This document shows, piece after piece, positions 55,036 to 64,000 of a DNA stretch of 64,000 nt. Numbering within the stretch: position 1 is the first letter of the stretch; every line of letters begins with the position of its first letter. This stretch comes from an uncultured bacterium. GTDB lineage: Bacteria; Eisenbacteria; RBG-16-71-46; CAIMUX01. The stretch covers positions 80,035-144,034 of the forward strand of contig CAYYQN010000005.1 in NCBI GenBank assembly GCA_964473865.1, given 5' to 3'. The position numbers and the translations under genes are program-made. The notes under the pieces were generated by a model that was not told the DNA's origin, ran no database searches, and saw only the letters and a list, made by a program, of their open reading frames with translations.

Positions 55036-57072
55036 CTACGGTTCTGCAAACGAAGGAGGGGGTGGAGAGTTCGGCACCTCCAGGTCGGGCCCCACACGCT
55101 TCGCTTCTTCGGGCCGGCCCATCTCCAGGAGGAGCCGCTTCGCGAAACGCTGCGTGTCCAGGTGCCCGGGATCGATGGCGAGCGCCTGCCGGTACGCGGC
55201 CAACGCTTCCTCGCGGCGCCCCTGGAGCTGTTCCAGCTGCCCCAGATTGGAGAATCCGATCACGCTCAACGGGTCGAGACGCACGCCGCGCTGGAAGTGG
55301 ACCCTCGCTTCATCGAGCCGTCCCGCGCGCGCGAGCAGGCGCCCGAGGTTCACCTCCGCCTTGCCCTGCGTGGGGTCAATCTCCAGCGCCTGACGGTAGG
55401 CCTGCATCGCCTCGGCGGTCTTGTTCTGCCGTTCCAGGACGATGCCGAGGCGGAAGTAGCTCTGCCCGTCGCTCGCGCGCCGCTGGATCCCGGAGAGGTT
55501 GAGCACCAGCAGCACCGCAAAGAGCGCGGACGCCAGCGCGGACCAGGCCAGGGCAAAGCCGGAGGGACGAGGGGCCGCGCCCGTCTCGCGCCGCGCGGCC
55601 ACATGACCCGACCGGAGCCTCCCACCCGCGCCGCGGACCTCACCGACATCCGGGCCGCCCTCGGAACTGGCGACCGGACGACTGCGAGACAGATCGACCC
55701 ATTCCGCGATCCCGGCCCCTCCGAGCACGGCCAGGACCGGAACCACCGGCACCCGAAAACGGGCGGTCACGAAGAACGCGCAGACCGCCACCGCCGAGGC
55801 CAGAACCGTCCAACCGAGTCCCTGGGCCAGCCCGTCCCGTCGGCGGACCAGAAGACCGAACAAGCCAGCCGCCGCCAGGAACGCCATGCCCGGCAACGGC
55901 AGGCGCAGCAGCCGCGCATATCGTCGCTCGAACGGCAGCGACTCCACCTGGGGCACCTCGTACTGCCCGAAGAAGAGGTGCAGCTTGCGCAGGAAAAGCC
56001 CGGCCGTGCGGACCGGATGCGCGAGGGCATGGGAGCTCGCGCGATCGGTCCAGAAACGGTTCGCCTCGGCCGCATTGAGACCGGCATTGCCGGCAAGGGT
56101 GCGCGCCGCCCCGATTCCAAGCAGGTCGCGGTCCTCCCGCATGGCGGGCGGCCGGACATAGCCGCCATTCGCCTCCGGTCCGTTGCCGATGTAGAGGTTG
56201 ATCCCCGCATTGACGGCGATCGGGGACCAGGCGTTGCCGCCGACCCCGTTGTACAACAGCGTGGCCAGCGGCAGGATTGCCGCGGCCGGCAGGCAGGTGA
56301 GCAGTCGGCGGCCCGACCGGATTCCCCCATCCTGTCGGTCCCTGCGCCAGAGGTATACGACAAGGGGAAGCAGCCCCCCGATGGCGGCCGGTTGCGCCAG
56401 CGACAGCAATCCGGCCGCAAGACCCGCGCCCGCGAGCAGCCCGGTCCCCGGCGGACCCTCGCTGCGCACCACGCGTACACAGAGCCACAGGCAGAGCGAC
56501 GCCAGCAGCAGCACCCACGAGGGCGGCAGCAAGACGCCGGTGTAGAAGACGGCCGGCTTGCTGAGCGCCAGGAGGAGCCCCGCGCCCCAGGCCGCGGCCG
56601 GCCCCCGCCAGCGCCGCGCCGCATCCGCCGCGAAAAAGACCGCCGCGGCCGAGGGGAGCAGATTGCCCCAGACGCCCCGGACCCAGTCCTGTCCGGTGAA
56701 GAGGTAGGTGACGGCCAGGGCGAGAGGGTAGAACGGCGCCTGCGTGAACGGCATTTCGCCCAGCCCCTGTCCCTTCAGCACCGAAACCGCCCAGCGGTGA
56801 TAGCCGGTCATGTCGAGGCCAATGAAAGAGCGAAACGGGTTGTCCGCCGACTCGATTAGGTAGGCCGCGCGAATCAACAGGGCCAGTCCCGCGCAGGCCA
56901 GCGGCGCCGTGAGCGCGGACATCCAGCCGTTGCCCGTGGGGTCCGGATCCCGGGCGCCCCGCGATCCGGTTCCGGCCGGCCCGCTCGCGAGAGCGGTCGC
57001 GGTGCGGTCCCTCCGGTACGACATCACGCGCGCCTCTTCGTCGCTGCCCGAACCGCCCCTGCGGCGCGCCAT
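55036..57072 (-). CDS. GT-C membrane glycosyltransferase (PMT/ArnT-like) fused to C-terminal TPRs
   Basis: First luminal loop GLDMTGYHRWA, PFYPL; about 12 TM helices; NAGINLYIGN; RFRVPVVP; four TPRs (AYRQALEIDP, HFQRGVRLDP, AYRQALAIDP). Confidence 0.8.
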   Translation of the reverse strand: MARRRGGSGSDEEARVMSYRRDRTATALASGPAGTGSRGARDPDPTGNGWMSALTAPLACAGLALLIRAAYLIESADNPFRSFIGLDMTGYHRWAVSVLKGQGLGEMPFTQAPFYPLALAVTYLFTGQDWVRGVWGNLLPSAAAVFFAADAARRWRGPAAAWGAGLLLALSKPAVFYTGVLLPPSWVLLLASLCLWLCVRVVRSEGPPGTGLLAGAGLAAGLLSLAQPAAIGGLLPLVVYLWRRDRQDGGIRSGRRLLTCLPAAAILPLATLLYNGVGGNAWSPIAVNAGINLYIGNGPEANGGYVRPPAMREDRDLLGIGAARTLAGNAGLNAAEANRFWTDRASSHALAHPVRTAGLFLRKLHLFFGQYEVPQVESLPFERRYARLLRLPLPGMAFLAAAGLFGLLVRRRDGLAQGLGWTVLASAVAVCAFFVTARFRVPVVPVLAVLGGAGIAEWVDLSRSRPVASSEGGPDVGEVRGAGGRLRSGHVAARRETGAAPRPSGFALAWSALASALFAVLLVLNLSGIQRRASDGQSYFRLGIVLERQNKTAEAMQAYRQALEIDPTQGKAEVNLGRLLARAGRLDEARVHFQRGVRLDPLSVIGFSNLGQLEQLQGRREEALAAYRQALAIDPGHLDTQRFAKRLLLEMGRPEEAKRVGPDLEVPNSPPPPSFAEP

Positions 57073-57109
57073 CGCCCGCACCTCTTCTCTGCCGCCCGAC
57101 TCGCTTCGG

Positions 57110-58003
57110 TCACTGGTCCCCCGCCAACTCGACCAGCCGGTCGCAGTTCGCCTGCACCAGCCGCAACCAGGCGCCCGGCTCCACGGATTCCGGGTAGTTG
57201 CTCAAGAGGGTCCACGGCACTCCGAGCGCGGCGCCGAGAGCGCGCGCTTCGCGATCTCCCCACTGCTCATTCCCCACGACCGCTCTCACGCCGGCCGCGC
57301 GGGACTCCCGCGCCAGGCGGTCCATTTCCCGCAGCGAGATCTCTTCGGCGCGGTCAAACGTCACTGCCGCACGAGCGCCGGCCCAGGCCACGAAATCCGA
57401 TTGGTAGCTCGCGACAAGGTAGGGGCGTCCGCGAACCGCCGACTCTGCCCGCCGCCGGTGCTGCTCCGCGGCCGCCGGCAGCGTTCGCCGCAGAGCGTCG
57501 AGCCGCAGCTGCAGGGCGGGCGCATGGGCCGGAAACGCCGCGGCCAGCGCCCGGGCCACCTCGGCGCAGAGATCAAGGTATGGTCCGGGCAACGCCTGCG
57601 TGCCGGCTGAAGGAAGAGTGCGACAGGGCCGCCCGGCGCCGGCGATCCGCGGCCGCACCGCTTCCTGATAGTCGTGGATGAGCACCAGATCGGCATCCTC
57701 CACGCTCGCCATGGCGCGCGGAGTGAGATCGAAGAGACTCGGGCATCCGGCCGCCGGCAGCAGCGGCACCGCCGCGCCCCAATCGGACGCCAGGTCCGCC
57801 ACCGCCGCACCCAGCATCGTCGTGGTGACCACGATCCGGACCCGCGGGGTCTCTCCTGGCGATGCGGCCGGCGTTGCGGTCGTCTGCGCCCCGGCTGTCT
57901 GCGCTGCCGCCGTCCGCGTCGAGGCTGCTGCCGCAACCAGGCACACCAGCCCGAGTCCCACGATCACCGAAATGTCGGCTCCGTTTCCGGCGCGTGTTCG
58001 CAA
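57110..58003 (-). CDS. TroA/ZnuA-fold solute-binding protein, atypical ligand set
   Basis: TTG 58003 is 7 nt after AAGGAG; signal peptide; VRIVVTTTML, GCPSLFDLTP, ADLVLIH; lacks the usual PH.Y/F and DPH.W histidines. Confidence 0.7.
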   Translation of the reverse strand: MRTRAGNGADISVIVGLGLVCLVAAAASTRTAAAQTAGAQTTATPAASPGETPRVRIVVTTTMLGAAVADLASDWGAAVPLLPAAGCPSLFDLTPRAMASVEDADLVLIHDYQEAVRPRIAGAGRPCRTLPSAGTQALPGPYLDLCAEVARALAAAFPAHAPALQLRLDALRRTLPAAAEQHRRRAESAVRGRPYLVASYQSDFVAWAGARAAVTFDRAEEISLREMDRLARESRAAGVRAVVGNEQWGDREARALGAALGVPWTLLSNYPESVEPGAWLRLVQANCDRLVELAGDQ

Positions 58004-58069
58004 CACGGCACTCCTTCTTCGTCTCTGCCCCATCCCGAGGCGTCCTCCCACCGAACCCCGGGTCTCCGT

Positions 58070-59809
58070 TCAGAGCCCCGGTCGCCAGGGAGTGACCGTC
58101 CCGCCTTCGATCGTGCCAGTGTACAGGTAGGAGGCGCGATCGGGGAACAGGGCGGCCAGACGCGCATTCTCGTCGCCTCGATCCTTGGCGTAGACAATGC
58201 GGGCGTTACGAAGGTCCGGGTCGAGACGGGCGAATGCAGAACCAAACCAGAGGTGCCGCACCTGCGGGCTACGAGGCTCGAACTCGAGAAAGCGCACGAA
58301 GACCAGGGCGCGGCCCGAAACCTGGCTGTCCACGATCTGGCCCAGCCGCGGACTCACGCCCCAGAACTCGCGGCCGTAGTGCTGGAAGTAAGAACCCATG
58401 CGAACAGGCGACGCGGGCGGCGCCGCGGCCGCCTCCGGCGTCGCGCGAAAGAGACGCGACCAGCCGATGAGGCCCGCGTAGGCAGCCAGCACGCCACCCA
58501 ACGCCGCAAGCAGAACCCAACGCCATCGTCCGGCGGACCCGCGCGACGCCTCGTTTCGCGGAGGGCGGGCGCCGGGCCGCGCAGGTTTCGCTTCTCCCCG
58601 CGCCTGCCGGGCGGCGCCGGCACCTCCCCCCAGGAGGAGTCCTGCGGTTCGCACCAGGCCCAATCCGCTGAGCACGAAGATTGGACCCAACGATTCGTAC
58701 AAGTAGCGCGGCCCGAAGCAGAGGTCGTGATACCAGTAGAAGACGTACAGCACCAGCAGCGAGACGGGAACCGCCGCCAGAAGCGCGGTCACTCCGGGGA
58801 GCGTGCCTGCGACCGCACGAGGCCGGCCGGCACCGACGGGAAGCAGCCCGATCAAGAGCGGCCAGAGGGAGGTCAAGGGCCAGGCAAGGAGATCGCGATT
58901 CAGCGCCGCCAGGTTGGCTCCCGCATGGCGCAGACCGCGCATCAACGTATGCGGCGGCCCCCACGATCCCTTTCCGAATCCCAATCCGTGCGACGGACCA
59001 TGGAGCTTGATATAGCCGGGCGTGAGGGGATCCCCGGTCGTCCCCCAGTTGTACAAGCCATAGAGCAGGATCCCTGCGGCTCCGCCCGCGGCCAGGATCG
59101 CCAGCGGGCGCCACAAGAAGAAAGCGGACCCGGGCGAATCCGCGGACGATCCGGCCCGAGTCGACCGTGAGGGGACCGGACGCCGCAACGCCAACCGCCA
59201 CGCGCCGGCGACGAAGACCGGCAGGGCGCAGGCCAGCGCGGTGTATGGCCGCACCAGGGTCGCGAGCAGCAGGAAAGCGCCGCCGATCCAGGCGTCACGA
59301 CCGGCTCCCGCGCGCAGCGTCCGCAGAGCGTATACCAGGAACCAGGTAATGGCGAACAGCCCGCCCACGTGGGACATGAACTCGGAAGCCATCAGCAACA
59401 GGAAGGGCGAAAGCAGCGCCAGCACGACCGCGGCACGCGCCACGACCGTCCCGAAGGCCTCGCGGCCCAGGACGAACACCCCCAGCACCGAGAGTCCGCC
59501 CAGGAGCGGGTTCACGATCCACGGCGCCCCCAGCCAGACGCCGGGCACAAGCAGAAGGGAGTGACCGGGCGGATACTGCGCATACCAGCGCCCGTCATTG
59601 ATGATGTGGGCATACTCGAAGAACTCCCGCAGCGGCGGACTCGGCATCCAGAGTCGGCCGTGGGCGAAGATTCGCGCCTGAAAGAGCTGCGCGATCGAGT
59701 CCTGCACGTGCGGCACGCGACCGAAGACGACCGCCGACAGCACCGCGGCGAGAAGCGTCGCCAACCCGGCGCCGGCGAGCCCGATCGGATCGCGCAGCGC
59801 GCCTCTCAT
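58070..59809 (-). CDS. GT-C membrane glycosyltransferase (ArnT/PMT-like)
   Basis: PHVQDSIAQLFQA, YAQYPPG, NPLLG, SEFMSH, LVRPY, FGPRYLYE; multiple TM helices; ATG overlaps the upstream stop. Confidence 0.78.
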   Translation of the reverse strand: MRGALRDPIGLAGAGLATLLAAVLSAVVFGRVPHVQDSIAQLFQARIFAHGRLWMPSPPLREFFEYAHIINDGRWYAQYPPGHSLLLVPGVWLGAPWIVNPLLGGLSVLGVFVLGREAFGTVVARAAVVLALLSPFLLLMASEFMSHVGGLFAITWFLVYALRTLRAGAGRDAWIGGAFLLLATLVRPYTALACALPVFVAGAWRLALRRPVPSRSTRAGSSADSPGSAFFLWRPLAILAAGGAAGILLYGLYNWGTTGDPLTPGYIKLHGPSHGLGFGKGSWGPPHTLMRGLRHAGANLAALNRDLLAWPLTSLWPLLIGLLPVGAGRPRAVAGTLPGVTALLAAVPVSLLVLYVFYWYHDLCFGPRYLYESLGPIFVLSGLGLVRTAGLLLGGGAGAARQARGEAKPARPGARPPRNEASRGSAGRWRWVLLAALGGVLAAYAGLIGWSRLFRATPEAAAAPPASPVRMGSYFQHYGREFWGVSPRLGQIVDSQVSGRALVFVRFLEFEPRSPQVRHLWFGSAFARLDPDLRNARIVYAKDRGDENARLAALFPDRASYLYTGTIEGGTVTPWRPGL

Positions 59810-60321
59810 GTCGTATCCGCTCCTCCGCCTGCCGGCGAGGTTCCGCGCGTCCGGCGTTGACGCACCGGGCCGGCCACCGGAAGCTCCGCCAGGAGCAGAG
59901 CCACGACTGCGATGAGAAACCCCCCGGCGGTTCCATAGCACCCGGGGCCGGGCTTCACGCCCAGGTCCTGCGGACGGATGTGTCCGAACGGCGTCCAGAA
60001 TCCGCGCGTAATCTCGTTCATCTTCCAGAAGAAGCAGCCCAGGCCCACGAGAGACGCGCCCAGGAGCACCAACCGGGGGAGAATCGGGCGCTGATCTCGC
60101 AGGCTGACCAGCCCGGCAACCGCAACCACCACCGCCAGCGCGAAGATCACCCAGGTCGCGCCTCCCATCGTGTGGCCGGCGGCGGACCGGTGCACGGCCA
60201 GGAACGAGAAGCGGCCCCAGGGAAGGAAGAAGCAGAATGCCGCGATGGCACCCCCGGCTGCGGCCGCCCAGCGCCACCCGACCCGCGATCGGGATCGTGG
60301 CAACGGCGCCGCCTCAACCAT
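59806..60321 (-). CDS. Small membrane protein (4 TM)
   Basis: CFFLPW, hydrophobic helices, PGPGCY; overlaps both neighbours. Confidence 0.7.
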   Translation of the reverse strand: MVEAAPLPRSRSRVGWRWAAAAGGAIAAFCFFLPWGRFSFLAVHRSAAGHTMGGATWVIFALAVVVAVAGLVSLRDQRPILPRLVLLGASLVGLGCFFWKMNEITRGFWTPFGHIRPQDLGVKPGPGCYGTAGGFLIAVVALLLAELPVAGPVRQRRTRGTSPAGGGADTT

Positions 60322-62227
60322 CGAGTCTCGGTCCTCGCACCCGCAGGTCGCCCCGCCGCTGCGTCCAGTGCCGCGTGTCCAGGAACTCGAGCAGCGGAAC
60401 CCCCTGCTTCCGGGTCACGCCGAGGATCTCCTTCAGGCCGGCCACCGTCATCTCGGTGCTGGTCTCGAAGAAGGCGCGCACCCGGCGCCGCAATTCCTCG
60501 ACCAGGGACCCGGGGAGAAGGATGTCTCCCGGCAACCGCACCACCGATTCCTCCGAGAGCAAGAGCTGGAGCAGCTCGGGCGCATGGGGCTGGGATCCGT
60601 AGCCCTCGAGAAACTCCTTCTGGGAAGGGCCGGCGAATCCGCGGCCCTGCAGGTCGGACAGCATCCGGTCTCGCAGCGCCTGCAGCTCCGGCGCGAGCGT
60701 CAAGGCCGGCCCGCTCCGGCGGAGGCGGTCCCCCCGCACGAAGAGAGTCCCGGCGGCAAGCTCCTTCTGGATCCAGGCCTCGGCGACCTCGGGGTGGATC
60801 TTCTGTTCGTGGCGGCTCTTCAACTCGCTCTTCATCGGTCCGTAACGCAGCGATTGGGACTTCTCCGACTCCAGGATGTATCGCGCCAGCGTGTCGCCGG
60901 CCGTACGCAGAGCAAGGTCCTCCACCAGGCGCGTGCGCCCCACGCGGTGCAGCGCCCCGGCCGCCAGGAGCGCCTGCACGGTCGCGGCGATTTCGGCAGG
61001 AGGCTGGCCGAGCTGTTGCGTCAGGTCGCCCTCCGGAAGGCCGAGTCCGCCCTTTGCGCGCACGCGCTCGCGCACCCGATCCTCCAGCGATCCTTCCTCG
61101 GCCACCCGGAGCGCGTCTAAGTCCTCGCGGCGGAACCGGCGGCGCTTCGCTCCGGAGACATCGAGCACCTGGCCGCCGCCGATGGTTCGCATCGGCGAGT
61201 ACGAGCGCAGGACGAAACGATCGCCCCGCTCCGCCACCGCCGGCGACTCCAGTTGGATCTGGGCGAACGCCTCCTTGCCCGGCGCCACCTCTTCGGCATC
61301 CAGGATCACCAGCCGTCCCAGGATCTCGCTCGCGCCGAGATAGAAGCGTATCCGCGCGCGGTGCGCCACCGGCTTCGCCGCGTCCGGCACGATCCGCAGC
61401 CGGACATCGATCTTGTCCACCGGCTGCAGCCCCTCCTCGGCAATGAGCCAGTCGCCGCGCTCCACCTGCGCGCGGGAGATGTTGTGCAGGCAGACTGCGG
61501 TGCGCTGGCCGGCTCCCGCCCGCTCCACCTTCTCTCCGTGCACCTCCAGCGCCTTGATGCGCGTCTCAAGACCGCGGGGCCGGACCCAGAGGCGCATCCC
61601 TTCGGTCAGCGCTCCGCCCCAGAGGGTCCCGGTCACGACGGTGCCGAACCCTTCGATGGTGAAGACCCGATCGATGGGGAGACGAGTAAAGCGGCCACGC
61701 TGCCCCTCATCCACCCGGCTCAGTTCGGCATCGAGGCGGCCCAGCAGCTCATCCTTGCCCAACCCCGTCATGGAAGAGACGGGAACGATCGAAGCGCCGC
61801 GAAGCGGAGTCCGTTCCAGCCAGGAGGCCACTTCCGAAGTGACCAGCTCCAGCCAGTCGGCATCGACCATGTCCACCTTGGTCAAGGCCACGACTCCCCG
61901 GGCGACCCCCAGAAGCTCCAGGATCTCCATGTGTTCACGGGTCTGCGGCATCACCCCCTCGTCGGCGGCGATGACGAAGAGGATGCAATCGACTCCCCCC
62001 GCCCCGGCGAGCATCTGGCGGATGAAGCGTTCGTGCCCTGGGACATCGACCACGCCGCAGCGCCGGCCGGACGGCAGCGTGATGGAGGCGAACCCCAGTT
62101 CGATCGAGATGCCGCGCTTCTTCTCCTCCTTCAACCGGTCGGTGTCAACACCGGTCAGGAGCTTGATAAGCAGGGTCTTACCGTGATCGATGTGACCGGC
62201 AGTCCCGATGATGGCGGCGCGCGGCAT
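60314..62227 (-). CDS. selB: Selenocysteine-specific translation elongation factor
   Basis: IGTAGHIDHGKT, DRLKEEKKRGISIELGF, DVPGHERFI, ADEGVMPQTREH, RLPIDRVF...GTVVTG, LRSYSP..TIGGG; C-terminal winged-helix TRKQGVPLLEFLD. Confidence 0.95.
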   Translation of the reverse strand: MPRAAIIGTAGHIDHGKTLLIKLLTGVDTDRLKEEKKRGISIELGFASITLPSGRRCGVVDVPGHERFIRQMLAGAGGVDCILFVIAADEGVMPQTREHMEILELLGVARGVVALTKVDMVDADWLELVTSEVASWLERTPLRGASIVPVSSMTGLGKDELLGRLDAELSRVDEGQRGRFTRLPIDRVFTIEGFGTVVTGTLWGGALTEGMRLWVRPRGLETRIKALEVHGEKVERAGAGQRTAVCLHNISRAQVERGDWLIAEEGLQPVDKIDVRLRIVPDAAKPVAHRARIRFYLGASEILGRLVILDAEEVAPGKEAFAQIQLESPAVAERGDRFVLRSYSPMRTIGGGQVLDVSGAKRRRFRREDLDALRVAEEGSLEDRVRERVRAKGGLGLPEGDLTQQLGQPPAEIAATVQALLAAGALHRVGRTRLVEDLALRTAGDTLARYILESEKSQSLRYGPMKSELKSRHEQKIHPEVAEAWIQKELAAGTLFVRGDRLRRSGPALTLAPELQALRDRMLSDLQGRGFAGPSQKEFLEGYGSQPHAPELLQLLLSEESVVRLPGDILLPGSLVEELRRRVRAFFETSTEMTVAGLKEILGVTRKQGVPLLEFLDTRHWTQRRGDLRVRGPRLDG

Positions 62228-62237
62228 GGCGCGGTCG

Positions 62238-62266
62238 AGACTAACAGAGGGGGTGGGGGTTGTCGA
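62238..62266 (-). promoter_or_regulatory. Candidate extended -10 sigma-70 promoter of selB (very short leader)
   Basis: Minus strand TCGACA-17 nt-TAGTCT with TG at the extended -10 position; -10 box only 10 nt before the ATG; no Shine-Dalgarno. Confidence 0.5.
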
Positions 62267-62429
62267 GGCGGGGCCAGCGGAGCCTCGGCCGCGAGGCCGA
62301 GCTGAGTCCCGGCGCCGATGGGTCGGTCCCTACCGAAGACCGAGAGCCGCCGGCGGACCGGGCGGGCCCAATGCGGACTCACCCGGTTTCCGCCCACTCC
62401 GGTCTCTGCTTCCGGCCGCGGTCGCGGGC

Positions 62430-63023
62430 CTACTGACGCCCGAAGAGCGCGCCCAGCCCCTTCCTGGCGAGGTCGCTCAGATCGACGTCACCGTCCCGAT
62501 CGGCATCCAGAAGCGAACCCAGGATGCCCATCTCCCGGGGAGCGCGCTGCTCGATCGCCTGCTGCTCCTGGCCCAGCACCGAACCGAGACCGCTCGGGTC
62601 CAGACCTTTCTGGCGCTGCATCTTGCCGAGCGCGCCCAGCACGACGGGAGCCAGCGTGGCGAGAAGGCCCCCGATCTGACCGGCGTCCAGCCCCGTCGCC
62701 TGGCCGAGTCCCTGCTCCACGCGCGACTGGCGTCCGCCCAGCACGTGCTTGAGAATCGCGGCCCCCGGACTGGTGTCTCCTTGTCCGAGGAAGCTGCCCA
62801 GCCCATCGAGAATGCTGCCGTCGTGGTCCTTTACCAGCGCGCTATGCAGCGCGCCGGCGCCGTCATTGCTCGAAGCGTTGCGGGCCAGCGCGCTCAGGAG
62901 AAGCGGAAGCGCGGCCGATATCGCCTGCCCGGTCGCCGACCGATCGGTGCCAAGCTGGCGGCCAATCTGGTCCACCACGCCACCGCCGAGTTGCTGCTGT
63001 AGTTGTTCCAGGATGGAAGCCAT
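62430..63023 (-). CDS. DUF937-family protein
   Basis: AGAGGAGG RBS; AISAALPLLLSALARNAS...HDGSILD...GAAILKHVLG...LAPVVLG; C-terminal LDADRDGD. Confidence 0.85.
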   Translation of the reverse strand: MASILEQLQQQLGGGVVDQIGRQLGTDRSATGQAISAALPLLLSALARNASSNDGAGALHSALVKDHDGSILDGLGSFLGQGDTSPGAAILKHVLGGRQSRVEQGLGQATGLDAGQIGGLLATLAPVVLGALGKMQRQKGLDPSGLGSVLGQEQQAIEQRAPREMGILGSLLDADRDGDVDLSDLARKGLGALFGRQ

Positions 63024-63168
63024 ATCCGTCCTCCTCTCGTGCGAATCCAGATCGACTCCGCTGACCAGTCTACCCCTCGCTCACCGCAGATTCCAAGCCC
63101 GCAGCATCGACTGCGCCGGCGCCGGCCGCGCGGAGAACCACGATCCGCCGAGCACGGGACGACCCCGA

Positions 63169-63897
63169 TCACATCCCCCTCAGGCAGGCCGCTCCACCCA
63201 ACTGCTCCATCTGATCCTGGATCCACCGGGCGCGACCTCGGACATAACCCGATGGCGCATCGGCTCTGAACCGGCGGGGACTAGGCAGAACCGCCGCCAG
63301 AAGCGCCGCCTCGTGGGCCGTGAGTTCCGAGGGCGTCTTGGAGAAGAACCGGCGGCTGGCCGCCCCCACTCCATAGATGCCGCGCCCCATCTCGGCCGTG
63401 TTCAGGTACACCTCGAGGATCCGCCGCTTTGGCCACAGCAGTTCGAGCAGCACCGTCAGGTAGCCCTCCAGAGCCTTGCGCACGAAGCTCCGGCCCGGCC
63501 AGAGAAACAGGTTCTTCGCGACCTGCTGGGAGATCGTGCTCGCCCCGCGGAGCCGCCCGCCCCGCTCACGTGTTTCCAGCGCGTCGTGGATCGCTTCCAC
63601 GTCAAACCCGGAGTGGATCGGGAACTTCTGATCCTCGGCCGCGATGACCGCGATCGCGGCCTGCGCAGAGATGGCGCGCATCGGAGTCCAGCGGTAGTCG
63701 AGGGAGTATCCCCGGTCGCGGGCGAGCCAGGCGACAGTCTGATCGCGAAGCATGAACGCGGTGATGGGAGGCGGAATCCAACGCAGCGCCCCCAGCACGA
63801 ACACGGGGACGGCCACGAGCACCACCAGAGCCAGGAGACCGATCTTCACGGCCCAGGACCTCCGGCGGGACCGCGATCTGCCTGGTCTTCGCCTCAT
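63169..63897 (-). CDS. mtgA: Monofunctional peptidoglycan glycosyltransferase
   Basis: N-terminal TM; AAEDQKF..H.G; RGASTISQQVAKNLFLW; RK..E; RILEVYLN; GIYGVGAA; A.LAAVLP.P. Confidence 0.95.
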   Translation of the reverse strand: MRRRPGRSRSRRRSWAVKIGLLALVVLVAVPVFVLGALRWIPPPITAFMLRDQTVAWLARDRGYSLDYRWTPMRAISAQAAIAVIAAEDQKFPIHSGFDVEAIHDALETRERGGRLRGASTISQQVAKNLFLWPGRSFVRKALEGYLTVLLELLWPKRRILEVYLNTAEMGRGIYGVGAASRRFFSKTPSELTAHEAALLAAVLPSPRRFRADAPSGYVRGRARWIQDQMEQLGGAACLRGM

Positions 63898-64000
63898 CCG
63901 ATGTCCTCTGCTTGGGCGCGAGTGTAGGCGCGCACCGGAGATCGTCGCAAGGCGGGGCCGACAGAACCCCGGCTCTCGTTCCGTCGTCTGGCCGCGGACC

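Noticed and set aside
62228-62429. tRNA-Sec (selC) next to selB
   Set aside because: No UCA anticodon arm, T-loop GTTCRA or acceptor stem is recognisable.
1-64000. Selenoproteins split by in-frame UGA elsewhere in the window
   Set aside because: I found no ORF pair where recognisable homology continues across a TGA. A dedicated SECIS search was not possible.

Overview
A high-GC bacterial chromosomal segment of about 50 protein-coding genes. I found no rRNA, tRNA, CRISPR array, integrase, transposase or phage gene. The many long antisense ORFs in the track are GC-rich shadow frames. Recognisable core content: a hoxFUYH-hoxW NAD-linked bidirectional group 3d [NiFe]-hydrogenase operon ending in a single-domain response regulator and converging on a GAF histidine kinase; a sensor kinase plus sigma-54 (NtrC-family) regulator flanked by envelope genes; a MacAB-like ABC exporter with two permeases; nfo; rqcH (NFACT); selB heading a string of GT-C glycosyltransferase genes; and mtgA. 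Interspersed is a large predicted secretome. Five proteins end in a FlgD-Ig/T9SS-like C-terminal domain (an M4/M36 protease, an EEP nuclease/phosphatase and three different double beta-propellers). Two unrelated Cys-rich secreted proteins instead end in a short SWGxxKxxYR motif. This style suggests an FCB-associated candidate lineage such as Ca. Eisenbacteria or Krumholzibacteriota (inference). The best candidate for an undescribed system is the SWGxxKxxYR tail as a minimal C-terminal sorting signal. Other leads are an apparent 3Cys-1Asp Fe-S site in HoxF, a near-leaderless selB operon carrying protein-glycosylation-type genes, a probable CTG start codon and a shared sigma-54-like motif. All domain calls come from reading motifs by eye; no database search was run.
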